From NCBI RefSeq assembly GCF_006345805.1, contig NC_042999.1, positions 68,696,001 to 68,760,000 of the forward strand: a stretch of 64,000 bases of DNA, read 5' to 3'. Source of the DNA: Octopus sinensis. Lineage: Eukaryota. The notes beneath the pieces are model-generated. The model saw nothing but the letters and a program-made list of their open reading frames with translations. It did not search any database and was not told the origin of the DNA. Below are positions 10,791 to 22,672 of the stretch, one piece after another; positions within the stretch are counted from its first letter, which is position 1; each line of letters opens with the position of its first letter. A program made the translations under genes and the position numbers.

Positions 10791-12383
10791 TAGTTTGCTT
10801 ACCTGTCTCATGGATAGACGTGTTTCTTTGGCGGCGAGTCAAACGTTTTGTTGAACCTTGGATTATTTTTTCTGTTTATTTTGACTGTTTATTGTTGAAC
10901 ATTTTCGAACTGTTGAACATTGTTGAACTGTTAAACTTTGAAAATTTTTGTGCTTTTTCTCGGTGACACGTGGATGTAATTGTTTGTGTAAAGCCATTTT
11001 TGTAGTTGTGAATTGTTGAAATATTGAACTTATTAAATCCGTTGTAGGCTTTATCGTCGTGCCCGCCACCCCAGTGGGGGTGGGATTTTAACTGTTATCC
11101 TCATTAAGAGGAAAAAATATTATAGGTTTCCCGTTTTGGGGGATAATCAATTTATTATTGTGTGAAAATTTAGTTTTAGCCGTTGTAGGCTTTATTGTGG
11201 CACCCCGCCCCTAGCGGGGGTGAGATTTGAACTGTTGTACTCGTTGTGAGGAAAAGGGGAAAAAAAAAACATTATAGGTCTCCCGTTTTTTGATATACCG
11301 TATTTTTATTATTGTGTTAAAAATTTAATTTCGACCGTTGTAGGCTTTGTTATTACGTCTCGTCCCCAGCGGGGTGGGATTTGAACTGTTGTCCTCGTTG
11401 AGAGGAAAAAATGTAAGAAATTATAGGTTTCCCGTTTTCTGGGATTAAATTGTGTATAAATTTATTTTGAACGAATATGTCGGTCGAAATAATTTCAGAG
11501 AAAAATTCACTGGAAGAGCCAGTTAAGAAATTTTCAGCTACTGAAAACGTCGAACTACCAAAGGAAAAGCTTTCCGAGCCTTTTGAAAAAATGAAAGAAG
11601 AAGGGGGGGTGTGATATAAAATATCAGCCTCACCTAGTGTTGAGAAATTGAAAAGGACAGTTGTTTTCAAAACATACTGACCTTCGGCAAAGAAATTTAA
11701 GCACTTTGAGCAGTGCAAAATTGGAAAAATGTCTGGCTCCCATATGGGAAGACATAAAGTATATAGCGAGGAGCCGTACTTATGGCACAGTAGAGGCCAG
11801 ATTTGAAACAAAAATATAAGCACAAGAGCACTCAGTGAGTCCCCTGAAAACGAAGTTCACTGGAAGAGCCAGTTCAGAAATTTTCAGCAGTTACCGCGGC
11901 TGCTACTGAAAACGTCGAACTACCAAAGGAAAAGCTCTCCGAGTTGTTTGAAAAAATGAAAGCAGAGTGGGGTGATATAAAAATATCACCCTCAACTCGG
12001 GTTGAAAAATTGAAAAGTAGTAAGATCAGGCTGGAGGAGAGGTACCTGTCACAAGATAGATTTATGAAATGATGGAAGCCTGTGGCAAGGTAGCTGGGAG
12101 CGATTGCCACCAGGTAAGTGGATTCCAAAAAAGAAAAGGAAAGAGAAAGCAGGGGTTCTACCCTGGTGGTCGGATGCCTTTCCTTCAGGGAAGTCATTGC
12201 AAATCCCAATGAGTAACATGTTATCATATAATTGGTAATTAGTAAATTGTAATTTTTAAATTGTATCAAATTTGTCCTCATAAATTTTTAAACGTTATAG
12301 CAACTACAACACCTTTTTATGTTTGTCTGTCTTTGTCCGTCCCCTCTTTGTAATGCCTTCATGGCAAATTTTATGAAGTAAAG
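10791..12383 (+). mobile_element. Internally deleted derivative of the same LINE: 5'UTR + ORF1 start fused to the ORF2 end and 3'UTR
   Basis: 12018-12383 is a close copy of 10399-10790; ATG 11477 MSVEIISEKNSLEEP.. and LEKCLAPIWEDIKYIARSRTYGTVEARF (RRM-like ORF1, inferred). Confidence 0.8.
11039..11476 (+). repeat. Three ~140-155 bp tandem monomers in the putative LINE 5'UTR
   Basis: Units start with CCGTTGTAGGCTTT at 11039, 11180, 11335; each has GGGTG.GATTT.AACTGTT and TTATAGGT.TCCCGTTTT. Confidence 0.92.
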
Positions 12384-12387
12384 TAGC

Positions 12388-12620
12388 TACCAGCGTCCAA
12401 AACTGAATATTAAACTTGCAGGGTACACTTGTGTACAGGGGATTACAATCCCAGACACTAAATCAGTGAGGGACCTGGGTATCGACATGAGTGATGGTAC
12501 CTCTTTTCAGGTGCTCATTACCAGGATGGTGACAGAGTGCAGACAACTGGCTGAGAACGTTTAGAACCAGAGAAAAGGAAACCATGATGGTCCTCTGGAG
12601 AACAATCTTCCTCAGCCGCG
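12388..12620 (+). mobile_element. CR1-like LINE RT C-terminal fragment
   Basis: Translates to KSVRDLGIDMSDGTSF..RMVTECRQLA / RTFRTREKETMMVLWRT, typical of the CR1-group thumb region. Confidence 0.8.
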
Positions 12621-12625
12621 CCTTT

Positions 12626-12830
12626 GTGTTTGTGTCCTCCGACAATCACTGCTGGTGTGTTCACGTCCCTATAACTTAGCGGTTCTACAAAAGAAACCGA
12701 TAGAATAATTACCGGGTTTTAAAAAGTTATAAGCTCTGAGGTCGATACATACGACTAAAAATTCTTCGAGCTGGTGCCCCAGTATGGCCGCAGTGAAATT
12801 ACTGGAACAAGTAAAAGATAACAGACGGTA
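12626..12830 (+). mobile_element. SINE-B 3' half (degenerate)
   Basis: CTGGTGTGTT.ACGTCCC..AACTTAGCGGTTC..CCGATAGAATAA..CCAGTATGGCCGCAG..AACAAGTAAAAG. Confidence 0.85.
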
Positions 12831-13481
12831 AAAAAAAGGATGACATGCAGGGTTAGGTAACCCAATGTACCTGAGCCTCTTTACATCGTTGGGTATTATT
12901 TGATGAATATTTATTTCGCTGCTATTTTTAGCCTGATGATCGGGCGTCCGTTAAGAGACCCTGTCCATTCGTTCATATGCATAACCTTGTTTTCTCTTCT
13001 TCTTATTCATTGCTCGTTTCGCCATTTCGCTTTGCTTGTTTTCTTAATTTTTATCAGCCTTTTGTATTTTTTTTTTATATTCTTAATGTTTTATTTCTCT
13101 TCTTTAATTTTGATAACTTATTTATTTTAATGACTTGAGAATCATTGTCACTTTCGATCTTTATGTTTCTTTTTTTTTTTTTTGTCATCTCGAGATCTCG
13201 AGACCATTGCAAGAAATGAAAGACACAGAGGAAATGACACGTCGTGAGAGTGGGGGGTAGGAAAAAAAGAAAGAAAGCAATAAAGGAAATGAAATGGAGA
13301 AAAAATTTAAATTAAAAAAATAAATGAAGAGACTACTGGAGTGGAACTCGTGTGGTGTGAAGTAGAGGTGAGTGGGAGATTGGCCGGTTCGAAATTATCT
13401 TGAAAAAAAACAAAAATAGGCACAATTTTTTTGGCAAAAGAACCTGGTTTTGTCTTTTATGCATTTTTCATAATATTACTA

Positions 13482-13580
13482 CTACTAATGATAATAATAA
13501 TGATGATGATCATAATGATGATGATGATAATAATAATGATGATGATAATAATAATGATGATGATAATAATAATGATGATG

Positions 13581-13640
<60 letters not shown>
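13482..13640. repeat. (AAT)/(GAT)/(TTA) trinucleotide array
   Basis: Seen directly. Confidence 0.95.
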
Positions 13641-13644
<4 letters not shown>

Positions 13645-13742
13645 AAATAAAAATCAGTCAATTGTTTGTATTTCCCTTTGTATTCCTTTATTTTATGTAT
13701 TTATTTATTTTATCTCCGTTTCTTTTCTTTCATTTTTCACGT

Positions 13743-13808
<66 letters not shown>

Positions 13809-15214
13809 TTTTCTTACACTTTTTTTTTACGTTTTCCTACGTTACGTTAATATATTTTATATTATTTTCATCTTCATTCCTCTCATTCTCGTTCTCTCTC
13901 TTTCTCTCCTCTTTTCTCTTTCGCTCTCTTTCCTTTTCACGACTTCTTTTCTCCTACGTTTATCCTCTTTGTCTCTTTTCTTTGCCTCTCTAGATCCAAT
14001 TTTTAGTTTCTCTCTCTCTCACTCTCTCTTTTATCTCCATCTTCTCCTTCATCCTCTTCTCCACCACCACCACCTCCTTTATCTCCCCTTCTTCATCATC
14101 ACCTTCTTTCTCTACTACTACGTCTTTCCTCTCATCACTTTGTCATTCCTTTAACATCTTTTCTCTCTCTACCTCCATACTGTCTTTCATCTCCTCTTCC
14201 TTCTCTCTCTCACCTCTTTCTCTCTCAACATTTTAAACCTTGCTTTAAGATACTTTTTTTCTTGTTTTCTATTCACTCATATCAAATAAGTCTCTTTATT
14301 TTAATCAATATCACAGTCTCCAGTCATCTCTACGTGTTTCTCTTCATCTCCTCTCTGCTCTCTATACCATTTATCTCTGTCAATTTCTACCTTCTTTCTC
14401 ACACATTTAACTCGCAAACATTTGATCCACACACACACACTTATATACGCGCAGGTGAAATAAGCTTCGGAGATGCTTTGTCTCACGCAGAAACAAAGAT
14501 ATTGCAACCTCTTCTGAATCCATCGAAATTCGGAAACCTTCCTATATCATCTGCAGATATTTCGGGGTCTAGTGTTCCACGCTTTATCGTGTACGCTTCG
14601 CTTGAGGGGACTAAATTATTCTTCGCCAGCGGAAGAGTTCCATAATATACGTGTCCGGTTTCTTCACGGTTGCAAAGATGACCGGCACGAATATTAAAAT
14701 AACTGCCCAGTTTCTGGCGACCCAGTTTCATTCACGAGGCATGGAGCAACCCGAGGCCAAAGGCAAAAGATACGTATCCAAACGCGTAATAATGGGAACG
14801 AATCCGAGACTTAATCATTATGTGCATGTGTGTGTTTGCGAGAGAATATATGTGTGTATGCGTGTCTCTGTTAATGTGTATCTGTGGGAGTGACGTGTGA
14901 CTGCGCGTGTATGTAACATTGTCATCTGAGATTGAGGTGGAGGTCACACGGCAGATATGACGAGATTTGTTGATACTTCTCGCCGTTTACAGACCAGAAC
15001 TCACTGACCGGAAGTCCCGGAATGAAAGTCTGGTTTGTGTGGAAGAAGTAAGAGGGTTAGAAACAACAGCAAAAGGGCTACATCACGTTTCATACTTTGA
15101 AAAGGTCAATTCTTCCGTAACCTACTGAAAACAATATGGCCATTGCAACTGGGAACATACATATACACATGCATCGACGTACACGCAAAAGCACGCATAA
15201 AAGAGCACAAGTAA

Positions 15215-15328
<114 letters not shown>

Positions 15329-15954
15329 CGCACACATATATACGCACTTATTTATGAACATTGTTAAACTCATATGCAAATATTTATAGACATACATACA
15401 TAAATTGACACCAAGTCACATTATGGATATCAAGGTAGTATCTAACATGAGAGATCTTTTTGTAAAGTAACCTCAGTTTGGGTAAGGAGCGGGATTTATG
15501 GTCTGCGGTTAAGAAGTTTGCTTCAAAATCATGTACTTAGGACAAGAAGCTTCTTTGAAATCTTCAAATCGACCAAAATTTTTGAATGAAATTTGATTGA
15601 CAGAAACTAGAACATCACCATGAACAACGAACGAATGTATGTATATGTGGATGTGTGTGTGTGTGTGTGTGTGTGTGTTATAAAGCTCGGGCTAATTGAA
15701 ATTTCAAGTTTTGCCTATTTGCTCGTACACGCAGGTTGAATAAATTACGCGATACTTGAAGTCTTAACCAATACAAATTTTGCAATAACTGACTCATCTA
15801 ATGAGAGTCATCCCAACTGCAAATACTCCGATATCATCCTTAAACTGGCTTAAAAATAATGAGCTTAATGACTTCCCACCAGCTAATGCCTTCTCTAATA
15901 TCAAGCTTCACATTAGGATCACGTTAAAAAACTGATAAGAATGGAGCAAAGGAG

Positions 15955-16526
15955 CCACCATGGCTTTCTGTGACGATCGCTGAGTTTTGAACTTTTCAGG
16001 GCTTGAAGAAAGGATGTGATACATTTCACGAAGTGAGACTTCGTTTTCCGATCATAACGATATGCTTACGTTTCATCTCCTTTCACCAGACTGGAAAACA
16101 CGTCTTCATACACTTTCAGTACATCAGAGCAGATTTCTACCTTTTTAGAAATCGAGTTACATCTGCCGAGGTATTTCCTTTGCACATACTTTCCGATACT
16201 CAAAATTGTTCGCCATCTTCTATAACGCATTGTGGTCACAATCAGTTCTGTAGCAAGCACATGGATCATGATTCGTCTGTGTGCACGAATCAGTTGTCCA
16301 ATTGCTGGTGATTCGCGTCAGAGTTTGCAGTTTATGACCTTCCGCTAAGCGGTTTGTGCTCAATACTAGTTCCTCTTCTTCAGAACCCTTCATCCATCTG
16401 TGCTAATCACTTATGTCAATAGTATCGTCTCCGTAAACAAATTGTAGCTTTCTGCAGACGACGGACACTCTGTACTCCTCCTTCGTCAAGAAATCAATGA
16501 CGGCTCGTTGCTTCTGCATGAAACAT
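15955..16526 (-). pseudogene. Mariner transposase 5' fragment (HTH region to first catalytic Asp)
   Basis: Minus-strand pieces KQRAVIDFL..KLQFVYGDD, LVKGDET (TGDETW motif), KFKTQRSSQKAMV; many stops and frameshifts; no TIR found. Confidence 0.8.
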
Positions 16527-16612
16527 GTTATTCATCTCGAGTGAAAAAAGAACAGGAAAGCAAGGTACTCTGAAAGCCGAGTTACTCCACCAACATGTTT
16601 AATTTGAACGAC

Positions 16613-17030
16613 TTACTCTTTTACTCTTTTTTACTCATTTACTTGTTTCAGTCATTTGACTGCGGCCATGCTGGAGCACCGCCTTTAGTCGAGCAAATCC
16701 ACCCCAGGACTTATTCTTTGGAAGCCTAGTACTTGTTTTTTCGGTCTCTTTTGCCGAACCTCTCAGTTACGGGGACGTAAACACACCACCATCGTTTGTC
16801 AAGCGATGTTGGTGGGGAGGACAAACACAGACACACAAACACACACACACACACACACACATATATACGACGGGCTTCTTTCAGTTTCCGTCTACCAAAT
16901 CCACTCACAAGGCTTTGGTCGCCCCGAGGCTATAGTAGAAGACATTTGCCCAAGGTGCCACGCAGTGGGAATGAACCCGAAATAAGTAGTTGGTAAGCAA
17001 GCTACTTACCACACATCCACTCCTGCGCCT
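16613..17030 (-). mobile_element. SINE-B, full length, with internal (TA)(TG) microsatellite
   Basis: Reverse complement: tRNA head AGGCGCAGGAGTGG..GGTTCATTCCC, CORE-like CCTTGGGCAA, internal microsatellite, tail CCAGCATGGCCGCAGTCAAATGACTGAAAC and A-rich (GAGTAAAA)-like repeats. Confidence 0.93.
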
Positions 17031-17559
17031 TGTCAGTAAATAAAAATACTTAGGCCCAATTTTGCATTACTTTTGGGACAACTCCCATACATTAGTATTT
17101 TGCATGTCACGAAGTGTGTTGCAGCGTGATACAATGGATTACCTTAACTACGGAATGAAATGGAATTCAAAATTGGAATGATTATTACAGTCAAGAAGAT
17201 TAACTACGGAACAACATCTAAGACATAATTGAAAGTTTAACATGAATCGAGATTACCAAAATATATAATATTATGCATTCCGTATAGAAATAAGACCATT
17301 TATATAACTTGGAACTTCGACAGGTTCTGTTAGAGTTTATAAATAGTCCAGAAAACGTTTAGAGAAAAGAGTAGGGTTATTTGGATGGCCCACCCTGAAT
17401 AAAATGATTTGAGATACATTTCTATAAATATAAGCGTGTACATGCACCCGTATGCACTGCAGGCGGTTTATAACAGAGACACACACACTAACTTACATAA
17501 ACAGACACATTGACAGATAAACACACATACGCACACACACAGCATCACATAACATTACG

Positions 17560-19700
17560 TTCACTTACATATACATTGTCACGCACACATACTATGATGT
17601 TCTTCGACTTTCAGGATAAAGAAGAAACAAAAGAAAAGGAAGAAGTTGATAGTGAAGGAAAGAATAAATAGAGAAGTAAAGAAGAATGGGAATAAGATCA
17701 AAAAAATAAAAAAGAAAAAACAAATAAAGAAACAGAGGGAAAGGAAGTGAAGAAGGGGAAAAGAATAATAATGATAATAATAATAATGAGAAGAACAACA
17801 AGAACAAGAAGGAGAAGAAGAAGAACAACAACAACAAAAACAAGGCAAAGAAGATCAAGAATAAGAACAACAACAAAAAACAAGAAGAAGAAGAACAACA
17901 ACAACGAAAAGAAGAGTAGAAGAAGAAAGCAAAGAAAACAGATGCAGAGTTTCTACATAAGAGTCAAACCGCTGTATGCCTATGGAGTAGAATCAGGAGA
18001 CGGCCGCCATTTTGACTGAGCGCGGCAAGAACGATCGGCCGTGAAGAACACCAGACATTGCCAAACATTGGCGTGAGCTGGTACACAACATCAATTTCCT
18101 TGTGGCTAAATGCGGAAATTACCAATGAATTCCACCAATTCTATGTGCAAATACGGCAAAACTTTTCGCTTCAACGTAACACAACTGACGGACGAAAAGA
18201 TATTTAAATATTTCTATTTGCTGTTTATTTTTTCTTTTATTTATGCAAATATATCTTTTTATTTATTCTTATTTTGGTTTTCGTTTGATTCTCATTTAGT
18301 TTCCTTGTTTTTGTTGTTATTGTTGTTCCATTATTGTCCTTTCTTTCGTTCTACATTTTTTCTTTCCCATTTTCTTTCCCCCCTGACATATCACTTGAGA
18401 CATTTCCTTTGTCTTTCTCGTAAGGCAGCCGCACATTTCTAATGAATGTCCAATGGTGGAATTGGTCACCGTGTTAGCGGTGGTGATGGTGGTGGTGGTT
18501 GTGTTGGCGGTGGTTGTGGTGGTGGTGGTAGCTGTTGTTTTAGTCTTGTTGTTGTTGCTGCTGTAGCTACAGATAATGGAGAGGCACAAAGAAAAATATG
18601 AAGGCGATGATAATGATGATGATGACGAGGATGGCAACAACGACAGCAATAATGATGATGACGATGATGTTGGTGATGATGACGAAGGCGACGATAATGA
18701 CGAGGATGATGATGATGAGGTAGAAGGAGGAAGAAGGAAAGGAAGAAGTAGAAGAGGAGGAGGGCAAGAAAAAGGAGGAAGAGGACGAGAGCAACGAAGA
18801 AGAAGAAGAAGAAGGTACTGATGATGATGATGATGATTACACGGAAACGATGAGATGCAAGCTAAACTGATGTAGAGAAATCGGTTGGTTGGCTGGTCGG
18901 TCGGTCGGTCGGTCGGCAAATCGGCTGAAAATGGTGGGAAACAAGGTGTGAGAGGAAGAGTGAAAGGAAAGAAATATATGGAAGCCGTGAAAGGTCACAA
19001 TAAACAAACGAGTCGTGCTGATTTGCGCAAATTGTAAGGACAAGTTCATTACAAGATCATGTGACCTTTTGGTGCGATTATGGCGCCTCTTTATTGTCCT
19101 GAACGTTTATCCACATGTTTTCCGATCGAAGATAAACACGGCAGAAGAAATCTCCTTATTTCCTCCTTTCATCCTTTCAACATTTACTTCTTTCCTCACT
19201 CATCATCGTTTTACTCTCTCTCTCACTCCCACATTTCTTTTTGCTATTAAGGCTCACCTTTTTCTTGTTTCCTTTTCTTCTTCCTTTTCTTTCTCCTCCT
19301 CCTCCTCCTCCTCTCTCGTTTTATCAGTAAAATAAAAAAATAAAAAAACAATAAAAGTCGAGCCAACAAGAAATAAAAATACAAAATATGTATAGCTGTT
19401 TTTCTTTTCTTCTTGTTTTCTTAATTTTCCCCGCAATTATATCCCTTTCTTTCTCCTTCTTCCAACTTCGACATTTTCTTCCCCATCCTCAATTTTCTTC
19501 TTCTTCTTCTTCTTCTTCTTCTTCTTCTTCTTCTTCTTCTTCACTCTTTCTTTTGCCTTTTTGATCTTGTCTTCATTTTTCATCCTCCTTCATCGCTTTT
19601 CACCCTCATCATCACGACGACCACCACCACCACCACAATCATCATTATCTTACTACTACTACTACTACTACTAACTACTACTACTACTAACTCTTTTTCT
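17560..19700. repeat. Purine/pyrimidine-skewed low-complexity field with (GAA),(GAT),(CTT),(CTA) arrays
   Basis: Seen directly; source of the poly-S/L/D ORFs. Confidence 0.9.
18002..18014. promoter_or_regulatory. YY1-type motif GCCGCCATTTTG in a short CpG-containing unique island
   Basis: Matches the (G)CCGCCATNTT consensus; no TSS evidence. Confidence 0.3.
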
Positions 19701-20041
19701 CCTACTTCTACACTCTTCATCTTCCGTCCAATTACTTCGATAAGCTGTCGCAATTACACAGTAACCAAGAACACAACCAGCACCGCCACATGTATTGTAC
19801 ATTCGTATGTCACGTTTCAAATCTTCAAAAAACGAGAACAACATAACGAGAGTGAGAGGGAGAGAGAGAGAGAGTAGAAAGAGAGAGAGAGTAGAAAGAG
19901 AGAGAGAGAGTAGAAAGAGAAGGAGGAGAGGGAGATAGAGAGAAGAGGAAAAGCGGGGGAGAAAGGAATTCAATATCATCTTTCTAATGTTCACCAAATA
20001 GATATGAATAATGTTCCACACAGCTTAATAAATGCCAAGAT

Positions 20042-20110
20042 CAAGCATGGGCAACTTTTTTCTAGAAGCGGACCGCATGTGACATGAATCACCATCAAGT
20101 GGGTCGCACT
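20042..20110 (+). mobile_element. Possible hAT-like terminal remnant
   Basis: CAAGCATGGGCAACTTTTT..GCGGACCGCATG resembles hAT/Charlie-type ends from recall; no partner end found. Confidence 0.3.
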
Positions 20111-20499
20111 ACTAAAAGTATTCAAATTAATTTTTCGTTTAAGCATGCGTGGGGGATCTCAATGATATGTCAGAATTATTTTGATGATTATTAGCGACGG
20201 AAGCAGTATTTGTACAAAAAGACGATCTTTTTCTCCAACTTAATGTTGATACTTTGTTATAACGCCAAATACTGCGGTATTAGCTTTGAGAGGTTCTCTC
20301 CTTTAGAAAAAAGACCCAAAAAAAACAGGCTTATATTGGAACGGGCAAGAATCATCAGCTGTGAACGCTGGAACTGACAGATCACGTGATTCCGGTAAGC
20401 ATGCAGGTTATTTGCGACGTCAGGAAGTGAAAAGACACTAGAATTCTATATATCGTGGCAGCGAGATCTGGCTAGTATGCGGTCACCGGATGCCTACTC

Positions 20500-20523
20500 C
20501 TGAGGAAGTCCAGTAGACTGAAA
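20500..20523 (+). ncRNA. Hammerhead core with stem II only
   Basis: CTGAGGA-AGTC cagta GACT-GAAA; stems I and III are not convincing. Confidence 0.3.
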
Positions 20524-20782
20524 TTAGGAAATCTGGCAGTTCCAGCGCCCACAACAGACGATTTGTCTGCAAATATGTATGTGTGTTCTTTAATACACGC
20601 TTAATCTAGATGAGAAGACCCCTCAAGACTAATACTACAATATTCAGCGCTCTAACAAAATGGTCAGCGGTGGTGCCCCAGCATGGCCGCGGCCTTCGGC
20701 TAAAGCATTTTTAAGGATTTAAGTTGAATATGAAGATATTTTCATAGATATGTTTGATTTTTGTAATCTAATATAATAAGCG

Positions 20783-20833
<51 letters not shown>

Positions 20834-21432
20834 TATATATATATATTTTGTGTGTGTGGTGTTTGTGTCTGTTTGTATGTTTGTCCAGATCACACCAGAC
20901 GCGGAGGAGGAGAGAAAATAATAATTCAGTGAAGGAAAGTATTGAGAAGTAATAGCCCTGACTGAGAGGGAGTGAGAGAAAGTAATAGCAATGAGAGAAA
21001 GAAAGTGGTGAAAGATGAATAAGGAAGGGGTGAAGAAAATCAGCGTTTCAACTCTGTGTGAGTATATGTGTGTATGTGTGTGCGTGTACATGGAAAGTAT
21101 GTGTGATTATTACGTATCTTATTTTGTATCTTATTTATATATAAAATAATACAATTAGCCGTCATTATTGCTGGCACATGGCCTTGCAGATTGATTTCCG
21201 TGGGAAGAATTTGAGCAAAGAAAAAAATGATCGAGGCAAGCATTCAAGGAAGCCTTATGCAGCAGCTTGATCTGCGAGAAATAATAGAAAGATCTCGCCT
21301 AAATCAACCCAACTATTTAATTAGAATGATGGACTTATTAGTCTGCGTGGTTCCGGATATTAGAATGACAGAATGGTCACCACTGGAACGTCTTTAAAAC
21401 CTTTAAGTCTATTTGAAAATTTCTACCAAATG

Positions 21433-21645
21433 ATTTCTACTGGAAACACAAGGCCTGAAATTTGGGGGAAGGGATTAAGTCGATTACACCGACCCCAGTG
21501 CGTAACTGGTACTTATTTAATCGACCCCGAAAGGATGATAGGCAAAACTGACCTCGATGGTATTTGAACTCAGAACGTGAAGACGGACGAGAACCTGCAA
21601 AGCATTTTTCCCGGCATGCTAACGATTCTGCCAGCTCGCTGCCCT
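21433..21645 (-). mobile_element. SINE-A with alternative 'beta' tail
   Basis: SINE-A body; tail on minus strand CCCTTCCCCCAAATTTCAGGCCTTGTG. Confidence 0.88.
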
Positions 21646-21699
21646 ATATTTCTACCAAATATCACACAACCAACACATGGTTTATTTATCTTAATGTAT

Positions 21700-22110
21700 T
21701 TTATTTGTTTCGGTCATAGGACTGCGGTCATGCTGAGATACAACCTCGAAGGGTTTAGTTGAATAAATAGGTCCAGTACGCATTCTATCGGTCTCTTTTA
21801 TCAAACCGCTATGAACGCTATGGCAACGTAAACGTAAACAAAAATACACATATGCATACTACTACTACTACTACTACATATATATATAGAAGCAGCGGCA
21901 GCAGAAGAAGAAGAAAAGGAAGAAGAAGAAGAAGAAATTATGAAGAAGAAGTAGAAGAAGATGTTGTTTCCGTCTGCTAGATTCACTCACAAGGTACTGA
22001 TCGACCCGGAGTTATAGTAGAAAACACTTCTCGAGGTACCACGCGGTGGAATTGAACCTGACACCACGTTGTTGCAAAACGAGCGTCTTAATAACATAGT
22101 CATGTCTATG
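21700..22110 (-). mobile_element. SINE-B (degenerate), internal microsatellite expanded to (CTA)/(GAA)
   Basis: 3' half 21700-21830 and 5' half 21975-22110, collinear. Confidence 0.75.
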
Positions 22111-22584
22111 CCTCAGTGATGCGGTTATCTTAAAGAATAATACAGCGTTTAAGATTTTAATAGTTACATCATTATTCCCGTGATCCTTTGCTGCGCACAA
22201 CAAAATGGGTTAACAATGGACCGCTTTCAAAATTTTCATTCAGAAGAAAACGCCGAGAAAGCTTCTTTGTCTTGTTTTGTTTTTGTTGGTTTTTTTTTTT
22301 GTATTTTCTTTTTTCAAATGTAATGGACTTAGGAATGTTATTGTTCGGAAGGGAACATAAATATTAATGTTAAAATAAGAAAGACCACAAATAAGAAAGA
22401 CCACAATAAAATAAAATATAAAAAGATTAAGTACGAACTTAGTTGTCTTTTCAATAAAACACGTTTGAAAAGAAAATCCGGTCCCTTTACATGTGCGTGT
22501 GTGTGTGGTGTGTGTGCATGTGCATGCATGCATGTGTGTGTGTGTGTGTGTGTCCGTGAGCCTGAGCTAGTGTGTGTCTGTGTA

Positions 22585-22618
<34 letters not shown>

Positions 22619-22627
22619 AATACAGAC

Positions 22628-22672
<45 letters not shown>

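Noticed and set aside
10791-10806. TGCTTACCTG as a U1 snRNA target of the Tx1 element
   Set aside because: Only ~8 nt match the U1 5' end and no further snRNA sequence follows
11039-11476. CRISPR-like regularly spaced repeats (also the SINE trimer at 57383-57955)
   Set aside because: Whole units are homologous with no unique spacers; eukaryotic context and no cas genes
14455-14731. Overlapping plus and minus ORFs in a unique island
   Set aside because: No recognisable domain; kept only as part of a possible regulatory or UTR zone
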